Positions 26,601 to 41,600 of a DNA stretch of 64,000 nt are shown here, in pieces. The stretch's first letter is position 1, and each line of letters begins with the position of its first letter. The translations under genes were made by a program, and so were the position numbers. A model generated the notes under the pieces. It saw nothing but the letters and a program-made list of their open reading frames with translations, searched no databases and was not told where the DNA came from. Source of the DNA: Glycera tridactyla (taxonomy: Eukaryota); NCBI GenBank assembly GCA_965644265.1, contig OZ286474.1:5580001-5644000 (forward strand), in the 5' to 3' direction.

Positions 26601-29600
26601 CAAGATGGCTGCTCAAATGTCAATAGAACTGATCACAAAGTCCCTCTACGGATAAAATGCCGAAGTGTGCAATAAAACTAAATCTCATGATATTTATAAC
26701 AAACAAATGTAAGATAATTTAGTACAGTAATTCTTAATTTCCAAACTGTCACTCCAGAACTTAATCTTCAAAACTGGTAACCTAAAAAACCAAATTGAGA
26801 ATATGAAATCCAACAGGGTGCTTACTTTTGATTTGCTGAGAGAGTGCAAAAAGTCAGTAACAGGTAGCGTTAATGCTAAAACGCACTTCACTGTTGCGAA
26901 GAATTTGAAACATAATGAAGTGATTCACACCGCTGAATATAGGCTCAATGTCGAACTTAATGTTGACACAAGATTCAGTAGCTATTGGTGCATGTGTGTC
27001 GCTATGTACATAGAGGCATATGTGACAGGGAGGCTAGGATGCACACCCAGAGCCTGCCTGGAGTCAGGAGTGAAACAAGGCACCGAGCTCCCACCCTACT
27101 TATGTGATACATTCTAGAACACTAGAACGATCTCCCACAGCCACTCACAGGTAATCCTTGGATCAGAATATCAGACTAAACATCATCTCCAGCTAAGATA
27201 GGGTTTGATGAGGAATTATTCCGGGCAGATGACAAGGAGTCCCGCTCACTTTCTCAGATTGAAAGACAAGTCAGCCAAGATGGTATATGTGTATTTCATA
27301 AAATGATTGATTGAATATACAGGGTAGAGCAGAGGAGTATCTGTATTAGAGATCAGGTGTGAGATCCCAGTAATCGGATCCTTCACAGTGCACTCCATAT
27401 ATTGGTGTGACTACACAGTCAGTTGTACATATTCCTAGGCTGGCAAACAAATCATATCAACTAATCCCACGTTGACAGCAAGCTTTGAAGAACGCTAGAA
27501 CCATCAATAGACAAGTTCCCATGGAACATTCTTCTATCAGAATAACTTGGGCCATTGTAACGACTTAGGAGAAAAAATATATCCAGGCCCACACCATAGT
27601 ACTTTTGGGCCTAGTTAGTAGTGGACAATGTGGAGTTGTGAATAAGGATCCATGCAGATACACTGGCATTACCAAAGATGAAGACAAGTTGTCTAGCACT
27701 ACACTTACAAGTATGTGTTTTCAGTAATTTGGTAATTATTATTTAAGACTGTAATCATCTGCGTTTTCCAATAATTCCCCATCAACCAACATGAGAATGA
27801 TTATATACGACTGTTTCTATTATCCTAAGGTTATCACCCCTCATACCTGGACATTAATCAATCAGTCATCATAAGAATATCCCTACTCTAGATATGCATG
27901 CAAATCAACTAACAATAAGCATTATGAATAAGATGAATACACAAGTTGTAGATAACATTTCATCAGCTAAAGCTTGGATATATATTCTGATGATAATATA
28001 GTTTATATCAACCCTACAAGAAGATGTATATACAACAAAAGCTTCAATAACATCACATGGAGGTAACAAACACAAGTCATTCACAATTCACATTTTACCG
28101 TGTGTTAACGAGCTCTAAAGTAACAACAACAACAACAACAATCACATGTGGCTCCATCTGGTCTATCTAAATTGCGCGAGTGTGCCTGACCATCTTTGAT
28201 TGCTCACTAGATGCTATGTCCGTCAAGTTCAATTGTGACAGGTATGGTTTTCACCCTAGCATCGCAAATTTGAATCAGTCAGAAATGAAACTCATTGACA
28301 GACTTTGATGACATCTCCGGCAACTAAAAATGCACTCTTTCCCTCGTATATTTCACCTTAGAGTGCCAAATATGTAGATTTCACGCTGGTTTCACTGCGA
28401 GGGTGGCAGCCTTATGGTGTCATTAAAAGCCAAATCGGACCCAAAATGGCAAATTTCGTGTGTAAAACATACCCAGCACATTTGAATATGACAGTATATT
28501 TTCCTTGCTATACATGTACATTGCCACAGCCACATGATACACAAGACCTGACACATAACGTGACAGGTGACTCATTCTGCCCCCACACACTGATCATCAT
28601 CGAAGACATGCAACAGCAGCCTTCAACCAATCAAGTCATCTAAAATAAATCCCTACTTCGATGGACTTTCAATGACAGCTAGTGGTGTGAATACAGCAAG
28701 AATACAAGCACTCAGAAGACCACAAGTTGTATACCACAAACTAGAATCGTCACAATGGTTCATATGGCCAAATTCCTGGTAACTTCCCTACCCGGAAGTA
28801 GATAGGTATAAGGGTGATAACTATAAGGCTGAATGGAGTGTTGATCGCTGGCATGTGCGAGGTTGTAGGTACAATTGTCTATTATAACAATACCCTGCAG
28901 CACCTTCCCACATAGACATATAGAGACAATCAGGCCATCATCAAATATGGCAAAGTCAGCGACTAATTTCAATTTATTCTAATAGATCTCATGGGTTATC
29001 AAATGCTATGTTCTAAGAATCATCTAACATCCTCACCAACGAAATATAAATATTGTCTCAGCTTTTTTCAGAACCATTTTCAGCATTTATGCTACACAAT
29101 ACATGTTGTAGGGGACACAGATATGTCCCAGTCAACTATGGAGATGTAGAGCTCATAAAACAAGCTGACATACATCATGATCACACTGGCTCATGTTGGA
29201 CGACGAGTCTTGCCATCAGTAGTAAGATGTGTCATGTAAGAAGGCACTTTGACCAACCAGATTACACATATCATTTCACATGTTGTGTAACAGAATACAA
29301 AATACCGGACCTAATGATAACCCTGCTGTTATATAAGATTATATGATCATAGATAGAGTATAGTTGCTTCATCAACAGAGAAATGACAAATATTGTTTGG
29401 AACAGAAGGCACACCATAACTGAGGTATACATTAGTATGGAATGCCATATGTGTATAATATAGTACAAGAGTAACCATACTAGCTGGTGAAGTGATCCTA
29501 TGGAAAGGAAGGTTAAGCCATCTCTGGTGTTTCTCCATTTTCACATATTAGCACAACATGAATACAGATAAAAGACATTGGAAGTTTGGATTTTTGTACA

Positions 29601-32600
29601 GATTAAATAATTTATCATACAATGATAACCAAAATATTCTTATGATACTGCACAACTACTTGACATCACATTGTGGTTTGGAATACATCTGACTATGATC
29701 GCAGTGCACAACATACTCCATATATATATTACTGGATATATAATAGTAGCTATCACAGCACCAACAAATCTCAAAAGATATCACATTTTGCAATGACCTA
29801 CACTGGATATTGCTAACCTACATTGTGATCAACCTGTCCTTCCCACTTTGACGTATGCATTATGATCTCTCTACCTGAGTTTGGGGAATAGTGTACATAT
29901 AGTAGAATAAATATGGCACAAGTAACATGCTCAACCTTTTACAGCATCCTCCCATTCATTCCGCCCATTCAGACTTTCAGTTAAGCTTCCGTCAGATGAG
30001 TGGAAACAAATCAATTTATTCAAAGCTCGGGCCGCACTGATACGCATTTGTTTGCACCAGGTGTGCCTATATCATTACAGAGTTGATTCCTGCAGCGCCA
30101 TAACACGTGTATACTAGCAGCCAACTTGTGGATAGTTAGCACACTACTAGTTCTAGCCTCTGCTGTTAGGTGGTAGTTCAGAGCAATTTTTCATCACTTT
30201 TGCCGGCAAACTTTGACGTCTTGCATCATGTTGTTATTGGTGGTTGATTTTGGACAGACCTATGAATTCTGTCACTCATGTGGACAGCTGTCACTGTGCA
30301 AGCTCATCACCGCAACCAATGCTGCCATGGAGATTATCCAATGGGCTTTTGCAATGAACAGGTCCAAGTTTGATGTCATCTGGTTGAAGGGTTACACTGA
30401 AAGACTGACATTATACAGAGATGAACAAAATGAATAGTCGGATACTGTGACCGCACACTTCTGAACAAGGCTAGCTCCCTCCCATCGACACCCATCTGTA
30501 GTACATTCCATTATTACATTCTGGGAATGACTGCGCCACATGTTTCCAGGTGATGGCTTCAATAACACCATGAGACAACTGTGTAGGCCGTTTATTCTGG
30601 AGGGAATAAATTCTGAATGAGAGAAATGATTAGTCTGGCCGTGTAAAATGAATGAAAGGAAATTCACAATGATAAAAACGTCAGGTTGAGTGTGCATCAC
30701 ACCCACAGCCAGGCTGTTGACTTCCACTAATTAATAAAAGCAACAGGTTGGACGCGTTGAATGAGCTCGAATCCACACCCTGGTCGCTGACTCTGATAAC
30801 AACTTCAGATTGAATGAGTCAAGAAGTACATAAATGCCAGGAATGAGGAGAAATTTAACTGCCTCACAAGCTGAACTCATTATAGTCCCGCTGGGATCAT
30901 CAATGTACTAAATAAGTAGCTGATTATGTACCATGATAGATACACTGAGAAAAAGACAGTAAAAACAAGTCCATGTAGTGCTATATTTAAAAGGGCTAAT
31001 CCATCGTTGTCGAATATGTGCAATGAAAATTACCTCAACAAAACTATCACAAAATTCTTTAGGAATACATTGCCCTAATATGGCGTTTGGGCAGGAAATA
31101 CATATCCACTATATAACCAGGATATACTGTGTTACACAAACCATACAGGTTTCAAATGTCAATAACATTTCACTCATGAGGCACAAATCTGGTAAAAAAA
31201 TAAATCTTTCCTTTGGTGATTAAATGCGCATATGGATGCTACGTTGTTATTTGGATAAATAAATGCAAACCGTGAAATTGGATGTGTTTACAAATAACTT
31301 ACATAAATGTGCTATAAATAATAACTGTAATCCTATTTTACATCGGCTATGATGAATGCACAATTCCTGGAATGATTATACTAGTGCTGACTGCGTGTGC
31401 AGCAGCAAAAACACTTCAGTGATTGGAAATCTATGTTCATGAATCCTCCATACTCTTACCGAGATAGTTTGAGTACGAAACACCAACGACAAAACCTGGG
31501 CTAGATTTTATGATATCTTATGCAGAGTGATGGTTGTGCAGGTGAAATAGATTAATGTAAAGATTAGATATCTGACCATGGGCAAGCCAATAAACAATGG
31601 GATATAGACTGGTCATTGATTACTGTAATTATAACAACCAGGAAGAGACGGGTAAATCGGAGTGATGTTTGACGTTTGGTAATTAGCAAATTAAACTTGA
31701 CTTCACCAAACTCAATACTAGGAGACGAGTCAGCAAATTAAATCAACAAAAGAGACAAGTAACTTTCATATAGACGTCAACTGCATCAAGAATTTCAATA
31801 TATTTTGGCTATCTGATAAAAATTAAAGTGAGAGCTAGGCTCATAGTCAATCCAAATGGTTAAGATCCGCTTTGATAGCTGACAATCACTCAGGACAAAA
31901 ACATACGAAGATCCATATATTTTGGTTAACAAACAGTGAATAGACATCAATAACATAAAGTGTTGAAGCTATATGTGTAACATACATGTCTTTGTAACAG
32001 CAGAGGGAATAGGGAAATCATTAGAACATGTACAGTCTTTGGAGCAACACCAGATCGGCTTTACATTACCAAGAATCCACAGCAGAAAAGACAAGAATAA
32101 TGATTCCTACTTTCATGGATGCACAGAATGAGAAATTCAACCACAAGATCTCTATGATAGCTTTCTCTTTGCATCATCGCCATCAGGAAGGCTACCATAT
32201 ACACTGGCATATGAGTCCAATGTTCTTCACACCAAAAAATTAACCAAAAACAAGGGGTCAATCTATACATCATACTGACCTCCCAGAGCAGAAAATGTTC
32301 CAATAGCTCTTGAAATGCCACAAACACAGGAAAGGCCTGATGAACATTACCGAAGGCACATCATATATAAACCTACTGGCATGTTACATAATCATTTTAG
32401 AGAGCTTCATGCTGATTTTAGGAAAGGAAAAAACAATACTTCTGCCATGAATGTGCTGAATTCACTCAGAGACATAACCCATTGAACTAGTCTTCTACTA
32501 TCTTGAGCCCCATGAGAACCAACCGTGAGAACTGTGGTGAAACTTCACTGGACGGCATGAAGCAGAGAATCGACCAAGAGAAACAAACCACATTCTCAAA

Positions 32601-35600
32601 GACATGAGGTATGAAAGTAGTTACTAAGGATGATGGCCTTTGGTTTAAATCATGAAATAGTGGTATATTTGGTTTCCACTTGTATTTTCTGAGGCAGACA
32701 GCGCCGCAACATGGCATTAAATCCATGAATCAGTGAAGAATGGTGGCTTGAACAGCTTAACAATAGCCTGGGAGGTTGAGAACGGGCAGAATCCAAGAGT
32801 GAATTACAGGATGAGTTGAGCTATACGCCAGTATATATATGTAGTAATTCCTGCTACCATATTGTGAGTACTGTAAACATACAAGCTATATATGCCAGTC
32901 AGAAACTATGGTAGGGAAGCTTGCTTTTTTCACATGCCTTTCACAGCAACTGGTCGTATCAAAACCAGCCCGAGTGCTTACATCGACTGATCGATCTGAA
33001 GAAGATACTAATTGAACGGGACAATAAGCTGGGTGCAACTAAGAAACATCCCAATACTCTGCAAACTATCTGGAAGTAAGCAAGACTAAAAACAAAGTGC
33101 AATAAAGGTGGAACTCTCCATCAATTCTCTCGTCCTATGTCTGAACATGTGTGGGTTATTTTGACCCAGTGACAAGTGACAATGTAAGGTGAGAGCATTA
33201 AAGTTAGCTGTATTAAAACATTCCAGAATCTACTCAAAGTGGATTACTCCCTCTCAAAATATTCCTGTGATTCTGAATAACGGTGAACAAATTATAAACA
33301 CAAACTGTGACACTGAACAAGACAACGTTAAGCTTGACCATAGCTTGATCCGACTGTGCAGAGTCAACAGACTTCTCTAGATCTAGGAACAACCCCACCA
33401 CCTAATGGTTTTCATACATTTACTGGATTATATATGTATTTATATGTAGATATATGTATGTAGATATATACGAAGCGATGTCATGTGACTCGTAGAGTGC
33501 TGTATAGCGCAGCAGATATTTACAATAATTACCCACGCATCCCCTCCCTCGTCCTTCTCTCAAGATTCCTGCTTCTCTGCAGCACCATCCTGAAAATGGC
33601 AAACTCCAGATGAGCCAGTTGCTATAGAAACCGTCTCTCATCACACTCATTATCATCATCTCTCCTATCCTCTAACAAGTTTACAACTCAATACCACAGA
33701 ATATTTGTTTGTTTAAGGTTTAACCGCATGTATCAACCCAGAGAATTATGTATGCCCTGTGTTCCTGGTCAATGAAAAGTAGAGGTTCTGTCACCTGCAG
33801 TCATCACTTTCACAAACCCTGAACACAAAATGATGGGAACCTGGAAGTTTGTCAAGTGGAAGTAGCTGACAGTTTAGAAACACCTTTAACATACTAAACC
33901 TAATGAAGGCATATCTAACTATGTAACTGTCTGGAAGCTGACCCTCAAGCCTGTGAGCAATGCTTCCTCTTTCTTGTCAACCCAAAAAAATAATGTATGT
34001 CCTTTATGCCAGATGTTTGAGAACTGAATGCTCTGCCCCTGGGGTCATCACTCCCAACATCTCAAAAAATAAGAGCATCACTGTCAGGCTTGAGTGTCAA
34101 GTTCCCAGCCAGATATGCCAATACTACAGAATCATCATCTGAAGCCAAATATTCACAAATGTCGAGTCCCCTTGCCAATATAACCCCTACCAATCCTTCA
34201 GTATGACAAAGCAGGTATGGTATACTGTTATGAAAATAACCACAGGTTACAATGTAACAAGCATGTAGAGAACATAGTATCAGGGATGTCTGACTTCGTC
34301 ATATGATAAAACATTGCGGATGGAATAAGCTGCTTGGGGGATATGCAACAGCAAAGACTGGAATAAGCCATCCCACTGCCAGGACTCATCATCAGTTTCT
34401 CTGGAAACCCAGCCAGCAATCAAGTTTCAGATTCCTGTACATATGATGATCGATACTTCCTAAACCCTCAGAAAAATCCTACCAAACTGTAATGGTTGAC
34501 CCACAATGATGATATATCAGAAAACTGTCCGATGTCAGGTCAAAAAGTTCCTACTTTTGGGATCACACTCAATTTGGATTAAACCCTGAAAATATGCAGG
34601 AAGCTGCTTCCCATATTATCAGGTGACTTCTGAAAGTGTACATACAGATCGAAATGAGGAGCACAGTGAGCGTTGAGAACAACATGGTGATATCCAGGAG
34701 AAGGTAGAAATGTTCGGAGGTGCTATCCATTTGAGCCATGCTTTCCCATTTGAATTTAATTTCTGGGCTACTCATCTAAAACACATGGTCAGAATTCTTC
34801 CCTTCCTGCCTCATTACTCTGTCAGCAGAATACAATATAAATGATGACTGAGATAAGGTAGGACCAATTTGACTGATCAGCCTTCCCTACGAGGATCAGT
34901 GTCTTCTTTATCTCATAGCAGTAGAGCAAAGGACACGGCTGTGCAGTATTCATGTAAATATCCTCCAATTTGCCTCATCGGAAAGACTGCTGTAGAAGTT
35001 TGGTGTGATTGAAGTAGTTTGACTGACTGCTATCGAGACTACTATCACTATGTGAATTGTTAACGATGAACGTCCCATTCCGCCTGATCTCAGAGGACTC
35101 TTGTTCAATAAGTCGTGACAAGAATGATGCAATATGACAACAGTATAATGAAGTTGTATCAACTCAAATCATCCTACATCAGCTCCTATGGAATCTATCT
35201 GGGCTCCATCCAACTTACAGTTTCCCTTTCTTTAATTGCTAAAAGTGTTAGTAGTCTAAAATGTACAATATGCACCTCAGAGAGTATAAAAAATAAAACG
35301 TGGAAGAGGCCCCATGACATGTCCACCATCGACTTCCCAAACCTCCCTTTTGATGCACGTATGTTTCTTAACATCATACATCGCTGTGAAAATCCACTGG
35401 AAACTATTCTGAGCTGAATCAAATAATTGGATGATTAAGGATCAAGATAAGATTCTTTCAATCATGTCCCCAATTAATCATAATGATTGTGAGATAGTGA
35501 GGAGAGTAACTGGTATCAAGACGTGACACAACATCATTTCTTCAAACAGGATACATTTTGTAATCAACAAGGTGGTGCGTGAGATGCATGCAGTCTACAA

Positions 35601-38600
35601 CATCTATCCGAAAAAAAACAAAAAAAACAAATCATAACACCAACATCACAGCGACGTCTTGAGGTTGACGGCAACTATGACGACAACTGACACGAATGAC
35701 TCAGATACTACAAACACTAGCCACTAGTAACACCAGCCATCTTCTGCCTAACGGTCTGTCAAGTACCGCTTGTATCAAGACTATTGATAATTTGAGTGGC
35801 CATCACATCTGGTTGAGTGACATCACCACCCACCTCGGTGATACGATCCACTCTGCCACCACCACCTCATCTTCTTATACCTCACGGTGGCGGCTGATCC
35901 AACCTTCTTCACCACCACAGCCATCATGCCCTCGTTATGGGAGTACCCTAGGCCCAATTGTATGTGTAATATCAGATGTAATACCCACGACAGCTTCATC
36001 TTACTGGATGGTAAGCACCCAAGATTTGGTTTCTATGCCTGGGTCCTACAGGCTTCACAGTGACGTGTAGGAACCAGGCAAGAACCTGAATTCCAGGTGA
36101 TCATCCGAGCATGGGCTGAACCTATCCATACCTTGGGTAATCTTTATCATCAGTGATATGGATTTTCTGTGTGTTCCTCAATCTATAGGACGCTCATTTT
36201 AGCCACGAGAATGATGTAAGTAACGCAGTCATGATAATAATGGCTGCCATCTGCTGAGCAAAACATCAACTAGTGTCAGCATCTGTGGCGGACAACCAAA
36301 AGACCATGATGCAGGTCGGTTTCAGTAATTTCTCGAGAGAGTGACTACTCTAATTTTAGTTGGACTACTACATCAACTAGTGGGCATTTGTCGACCCGCA
36401 CGGCTGACTTAATCGTGGCTTCATCATGCGAACAACCATGAGACCATGATGGCAGGCTGGTGTCAGTAATTTCTGATGGCTGGACTACTTTTTGTTTGAG
36501 TTGGACTACTACTGTGAGAGGTGGTGTAGATCTACATAGCATGAGGATTGAGTTCATCGCCTACCGAGGTGCCGGCGTTGAGATGCAGCTGGCTCATCTG
36601 CGTGTTGAGCTGTGGCATGACCGTGTTGGGATCCATGGTGGGCGTGCCGGGGTGCATCCCCATCCCCATCGGCTGCAAGCAGAGCAAGCATTATCTGGGA
36701 CTCGTCATGGATATATACATGTGCAGCAGCCTCACACACAGACACACACACACACACACCGCGGACACCACACACGGTGGCACCCCGCGGCGCGTCTTAT
36801 CCCGTTAGTAAGCTTACCAATTCATCCTGCTTTTCAGCAAAAACTAACTTCGTTAATAATAAACAACCAACAACTTTAGGATTTGTTTTTAAGTCGTTGC
36901 TCATCACTGTCTATATCTCGTCTCAATATTCACAAGTCTCGATGAAGAGTATCATGAAGAGTGGAACGTGATACAGACAGTGTATGAAGAGAAACGGTGT
37001 AAAAATGATGTAAAACCACGAGGTGTTCGGTGTCAGCAGGAAGACATCACAGGGCGGCATACGCACACTGGCATTAATTCACCCACTGGATGACTCAGCC
37101 ATGACCAGGCGTCACAAATTTCAAAAGATAACTTACAAACAGGTTCACTCTGAATAGGAGTTTTTGAGAACATAAGTAAAAAATTGGAAATTTTCCATAA
37201 AGGTGCATGGCGATGAACTGATTATTGGAATCGGAATTGAAGTGCAGCTGGGATAACTGCTGAATGGATGGAGCTCTAGATGAACGTTCATCACAGACAT
37301 ACTTCGTTGTCATTCTAGCAGCAGTTCCAAACTCTACTGCATTGGGACTGCTGAAAATAGTGACTCATTCCTTGCAAACAAATCTGACAAAATCAGGATT
37401 AAACCTAATTCTGAAAGTCATCAACTTCATAAATTAATTTTCTGGAGAAAAAAAAATGGTGAAACAAAAAAACGGTAACAGTTTCTTCCAAGACACCTTG
37501 TATCCTTCACACAATTCTTCTGATGTTGACATAAAAGTTCCAGTTTGGGTGAGATGACAAAACCAATCCGACATAACGATGATGGTGACTGATGGCCTAT
37601 AGTTAGTACATCTTAGCTGCCCAAATTGTTGTTATTTTACTGACTCATATCATAGGGACACTGACACGAGAGACTGCAGTCATAAAAATGTCTATGCAAA
37701 TTTTTGAGAAAGACACCGCGATAGCTTATCTGCACAGATTTCGAGTAATTGTTCCGCATATAATTTCAGGAAATAATCATACACTGCTTGATGCTGATCC
37801 CTTCTCTATGGGATTTGCATCATAGATTACAGGAAGTGGGGGCATTTGCCCCTTCAAGGTTGAGAAGAGACGGGCATTTCTTCACAAAATCCTTCACAAT
37901 GTGTACATTCATTATAGAATGAATGCAATCCTGTCACAGATTTAGAAAGCATCATGGTCCCCAATCACCTTGAAATGACGCTCATCCTCAGCAAAATATG
38001 TGGAGGATACAGGCACCATATATCATTATTATCATTATTATTATTATTATTAATATTTTATTATTATTACCATAATTATTATTATTATGATTATTATTAT
38101 TATACTCATTGTTTTCAGGATTATCTATTATCATCATTATTGTTGTTATTAGTATTATTATTATTATATCATTATCATCATCATCATCAATATCACTATC
38201 ATTATTATCATGGTAAGGGCTAGCATACTTATAAACACAGCCCTATTTGGACAGCCGTAACAACCCATTTTGTCATCATACTACATAATACATTTTCTCA
38301 GATTAGAATGTCTACGCAGACTTTTGTAGATGGCATCAATAACAAGATACCAAGTATCGACTAGTGACAAAGGGGACTTTCAGCAAGGACTGTTATGCTA
38401 TAATTAAAGGATGTCCATCAGTGGTTGACCTTCTGTTGTATAGATTGTATGTTTCAGTAAATAATATTCCGCCATGACATTTTCAATGATTGGCTTTGTT
38501 GGGCTGAGTTGCTAATTGAAAAATCATTTACAATTGTTGATTATCAAAATTAATCTTATTTGTGGGAACAAATGAAGTTATTTCACCAGGGCTTCTCGTC

Positions 38601-41600
38601 TCATTACAAATGGATCAAGAATCACATCTCACTTTACCTCTTAACAATATCAACTCTAACTCTTAAAAATATTAATTTCATCCATTTTTCCTCCTGATAA
38701 ATTTGATGCATTCATCTTCAGACACGCACATGAAACTCAAGAGTTTTTCCACGAGGCTATTCAATCAATCGACGAAAGACTAAGTGCTGGCGATTGATTG
38801 AATAATCACGTGGTATCAGTGCATAGCTAAGACCAGGCTGCAATTCAGGCAAAATGCAACAAAAGTGTCCATTTGCATGGCCTGATGAGAAGCCATTCTG
38901 GCGAGAGTTGCAAAAATACGGGCGCAGCCAATCATACACAGATCTGAACCAGAAGCCAAACAAGACAAATCTGCGCCAGCAATCAGACTCATAAACCAAC
39001 ACTAAAACCTGCCCTGGTGCCATTACTTTTAAACTCCAAATGCTAAATATGCACCAAACATAGTTGCCACCCATATTTCCGCTTCATGATCAAATCAATC
39101 GCTCCAATAGTATGTAGAACAAGGTACATACACATACCAATATTCACTGAATTATCCCTCTCACTTTATGTGTGTATTTAATTATCTTACTATATTGATC
39201 CATGTAATGTTATAGTATATTGTATTTGTTGTTTTTGTACTTGTACTCAAGAAGGGGAAGATATGGTCTTATCACCTTCCCTTCGCCAGTTGAAGTTTTC
39301 AAATCAAATTACATCAGTCCTGTTCGACAGATTCAACTGGTATTTAACGACTGTTATTTCTTGATGAGCACCATTCTATGCAAAAAATATATCTTCATTG
39401 AATTGTTCAATCTTCATTAACTGTTTGTGGGCCACTCCATGAGGGCCAACCCATGCCTCAACTTATCAATTCCCTCCCGACTTGGGGATACTCGCTCTTT
39501 TTACCACAACTTGCGACGAACCTGCGATACAGTCAATCATGGCACATGCTTCAAAATCCAAGTTGCTAATATCAATCTGCCAACTTGCCGGTAATGTTTC
39601 AAGCATTACAGCCCTAACTGTTTAAAGCTCTATCATTTCCGCTCCGAATCACTATATAAAGCGTACACTGATTATATGATAATCAGCGGGGAGCAGAATT
39701 ACGAGTTTCCTAGCAACAATCTAAAGCCTTATAGTAGCTTTATCAGTTAGGTTTAAAATCAAGGTAGGAGTTTTATGTTCGATTGTAACATCAGATGAAT
39801 TGAGTGAAGGCATCACAGGAAGGACGGAAGGAGGTAGGCTGCATCGAATGAGCGGGGGATGTAGAATCGGGGAAATAGTGCCACCACTGCCACTGCCACT
39901 GCCACTGCCGCCGCTGCTGATTTGAACACCTTCCAATTTGAACTTCATGCCCAGGATTGTCAAAACAGGATAAAACAGTGCGGTATGTGAGGAGCATGCG
40001 AGAGAGAGCAAGAGAAGCACTTAAATAAGCAGAATATGCAGTATATATATGGATATATATGTATACATGGTTATATATTATGAGCTATATATGTGTGTGC
40101 ATGATTATATATGATATATATATATGTAATACATGAGTAATATATGTGTATACGATAAAACTACAGGCAAATAAAATATACAGTCTCAATACATCACTCG
40201 TACAACCCACTTCAGGACAAGGGACGCAACAATCAATAAATCCATCCATGAGAGAATCAGACCTGGGTGTTTCGTTTTTGTCATTCATGAAACCGTTCTT
40301 GCATCTGTTCAGATGATATGACCATTCAAGAAAAGTTCATCTTGACAGGAACTAAAACTGGAAAATTCCATTGAGAAAGTTTATGGTTACTATACATCAT
40401 GGCACTTAGACGTCATCTTCTTTAGTATCCAGAAGATGACAAAAACCTCTAACTTTACGATAAGAGTTCACCGGCATGTTTATAGAAATATAGTCATTGA
40501 TTTCCATGTAGATCCAATCTATATATGATCACGTGAATCTATGTGAGCAATATGACTCAAAAAATTCAGTCAGGGGACTGAAAAGAGCTCAGCCTCAAAT
40601 AAAAGGCAATATAAAATGATATTGAGATATTTTCTGTACCCGAACAAGAAGCCAACCTTGGCAAGCTGCTAGATGACAATTTCAATCACATATCGCTAGA
40701 TCCGTTACTGATTTGCAAGCCATTGTGTGATTTTCAAAGACCTCTACAAATGCTCAGAACAGTGATTGTGAGACCAAAAACAGTTGAAAATTGATGGATG
40801 GCGGGTGAGAATAAGTGATTGAGATGTGTATGATGTTTGGTATCGCACTCGGGGGGTTGTATGAGGTCAATATGAAACTGGAATCATTGCAACAAACACC
40901 GGTGGAGAATCTGTCACCGCGGCGTCTTCACTCATGCATGCAATATATCACCAATCATGAAGTTATTTGTGACATTCGCCATTCTGCTCCACTGTGAATC
41001 ATTTTGAATTTGAATTTGAATTATAACAATCACCACACAAAAACTCTGAATCATTACAAAAGCAGGGGATCCCATTTTCTGGAGAATCGGATTGGAGCAA
41101 TTTCAAGATATGCTGGGGAAAATTCATTAACATTGTTAAAATCGGCTAATCTTGGTTATGACAATCAATGAATGGGCGTGCAGACAGCAGTCGATGTTGG
41201 ATGCAATGACAACAGGAACGCATGTGACTTGGTTGCCTTAGTTAGCTGATATACAAGTTCAATTATAAGCAAACAGTCTTAAGTGGCACATTACGGCATT
41301 ATATGAATATATGTATTAAAACACCTCGTGTGCCCATCATTAAATACAGAATGAAGCACAGCCAAGCACCAAAGGAAAACCTGGAAGCCAAAAAGAAGGA
41401 TCCACCACAGAAAAAAATTAGACAAGAGCACCTAGGATTACAAGTTTAGCAGTAGATTCATGCCGATTCCCCGATAAGTCTTCACGAATGTTAGGCCAGA
41501 AAATGGTTTCACGAGGGATGACCGCCACCGTTAATAAAGGATGAGAAAGCCCAGGAGAGGAAAGGAGATAAAAATAGAATGAGTCAAAAGTAGAAAGAGA

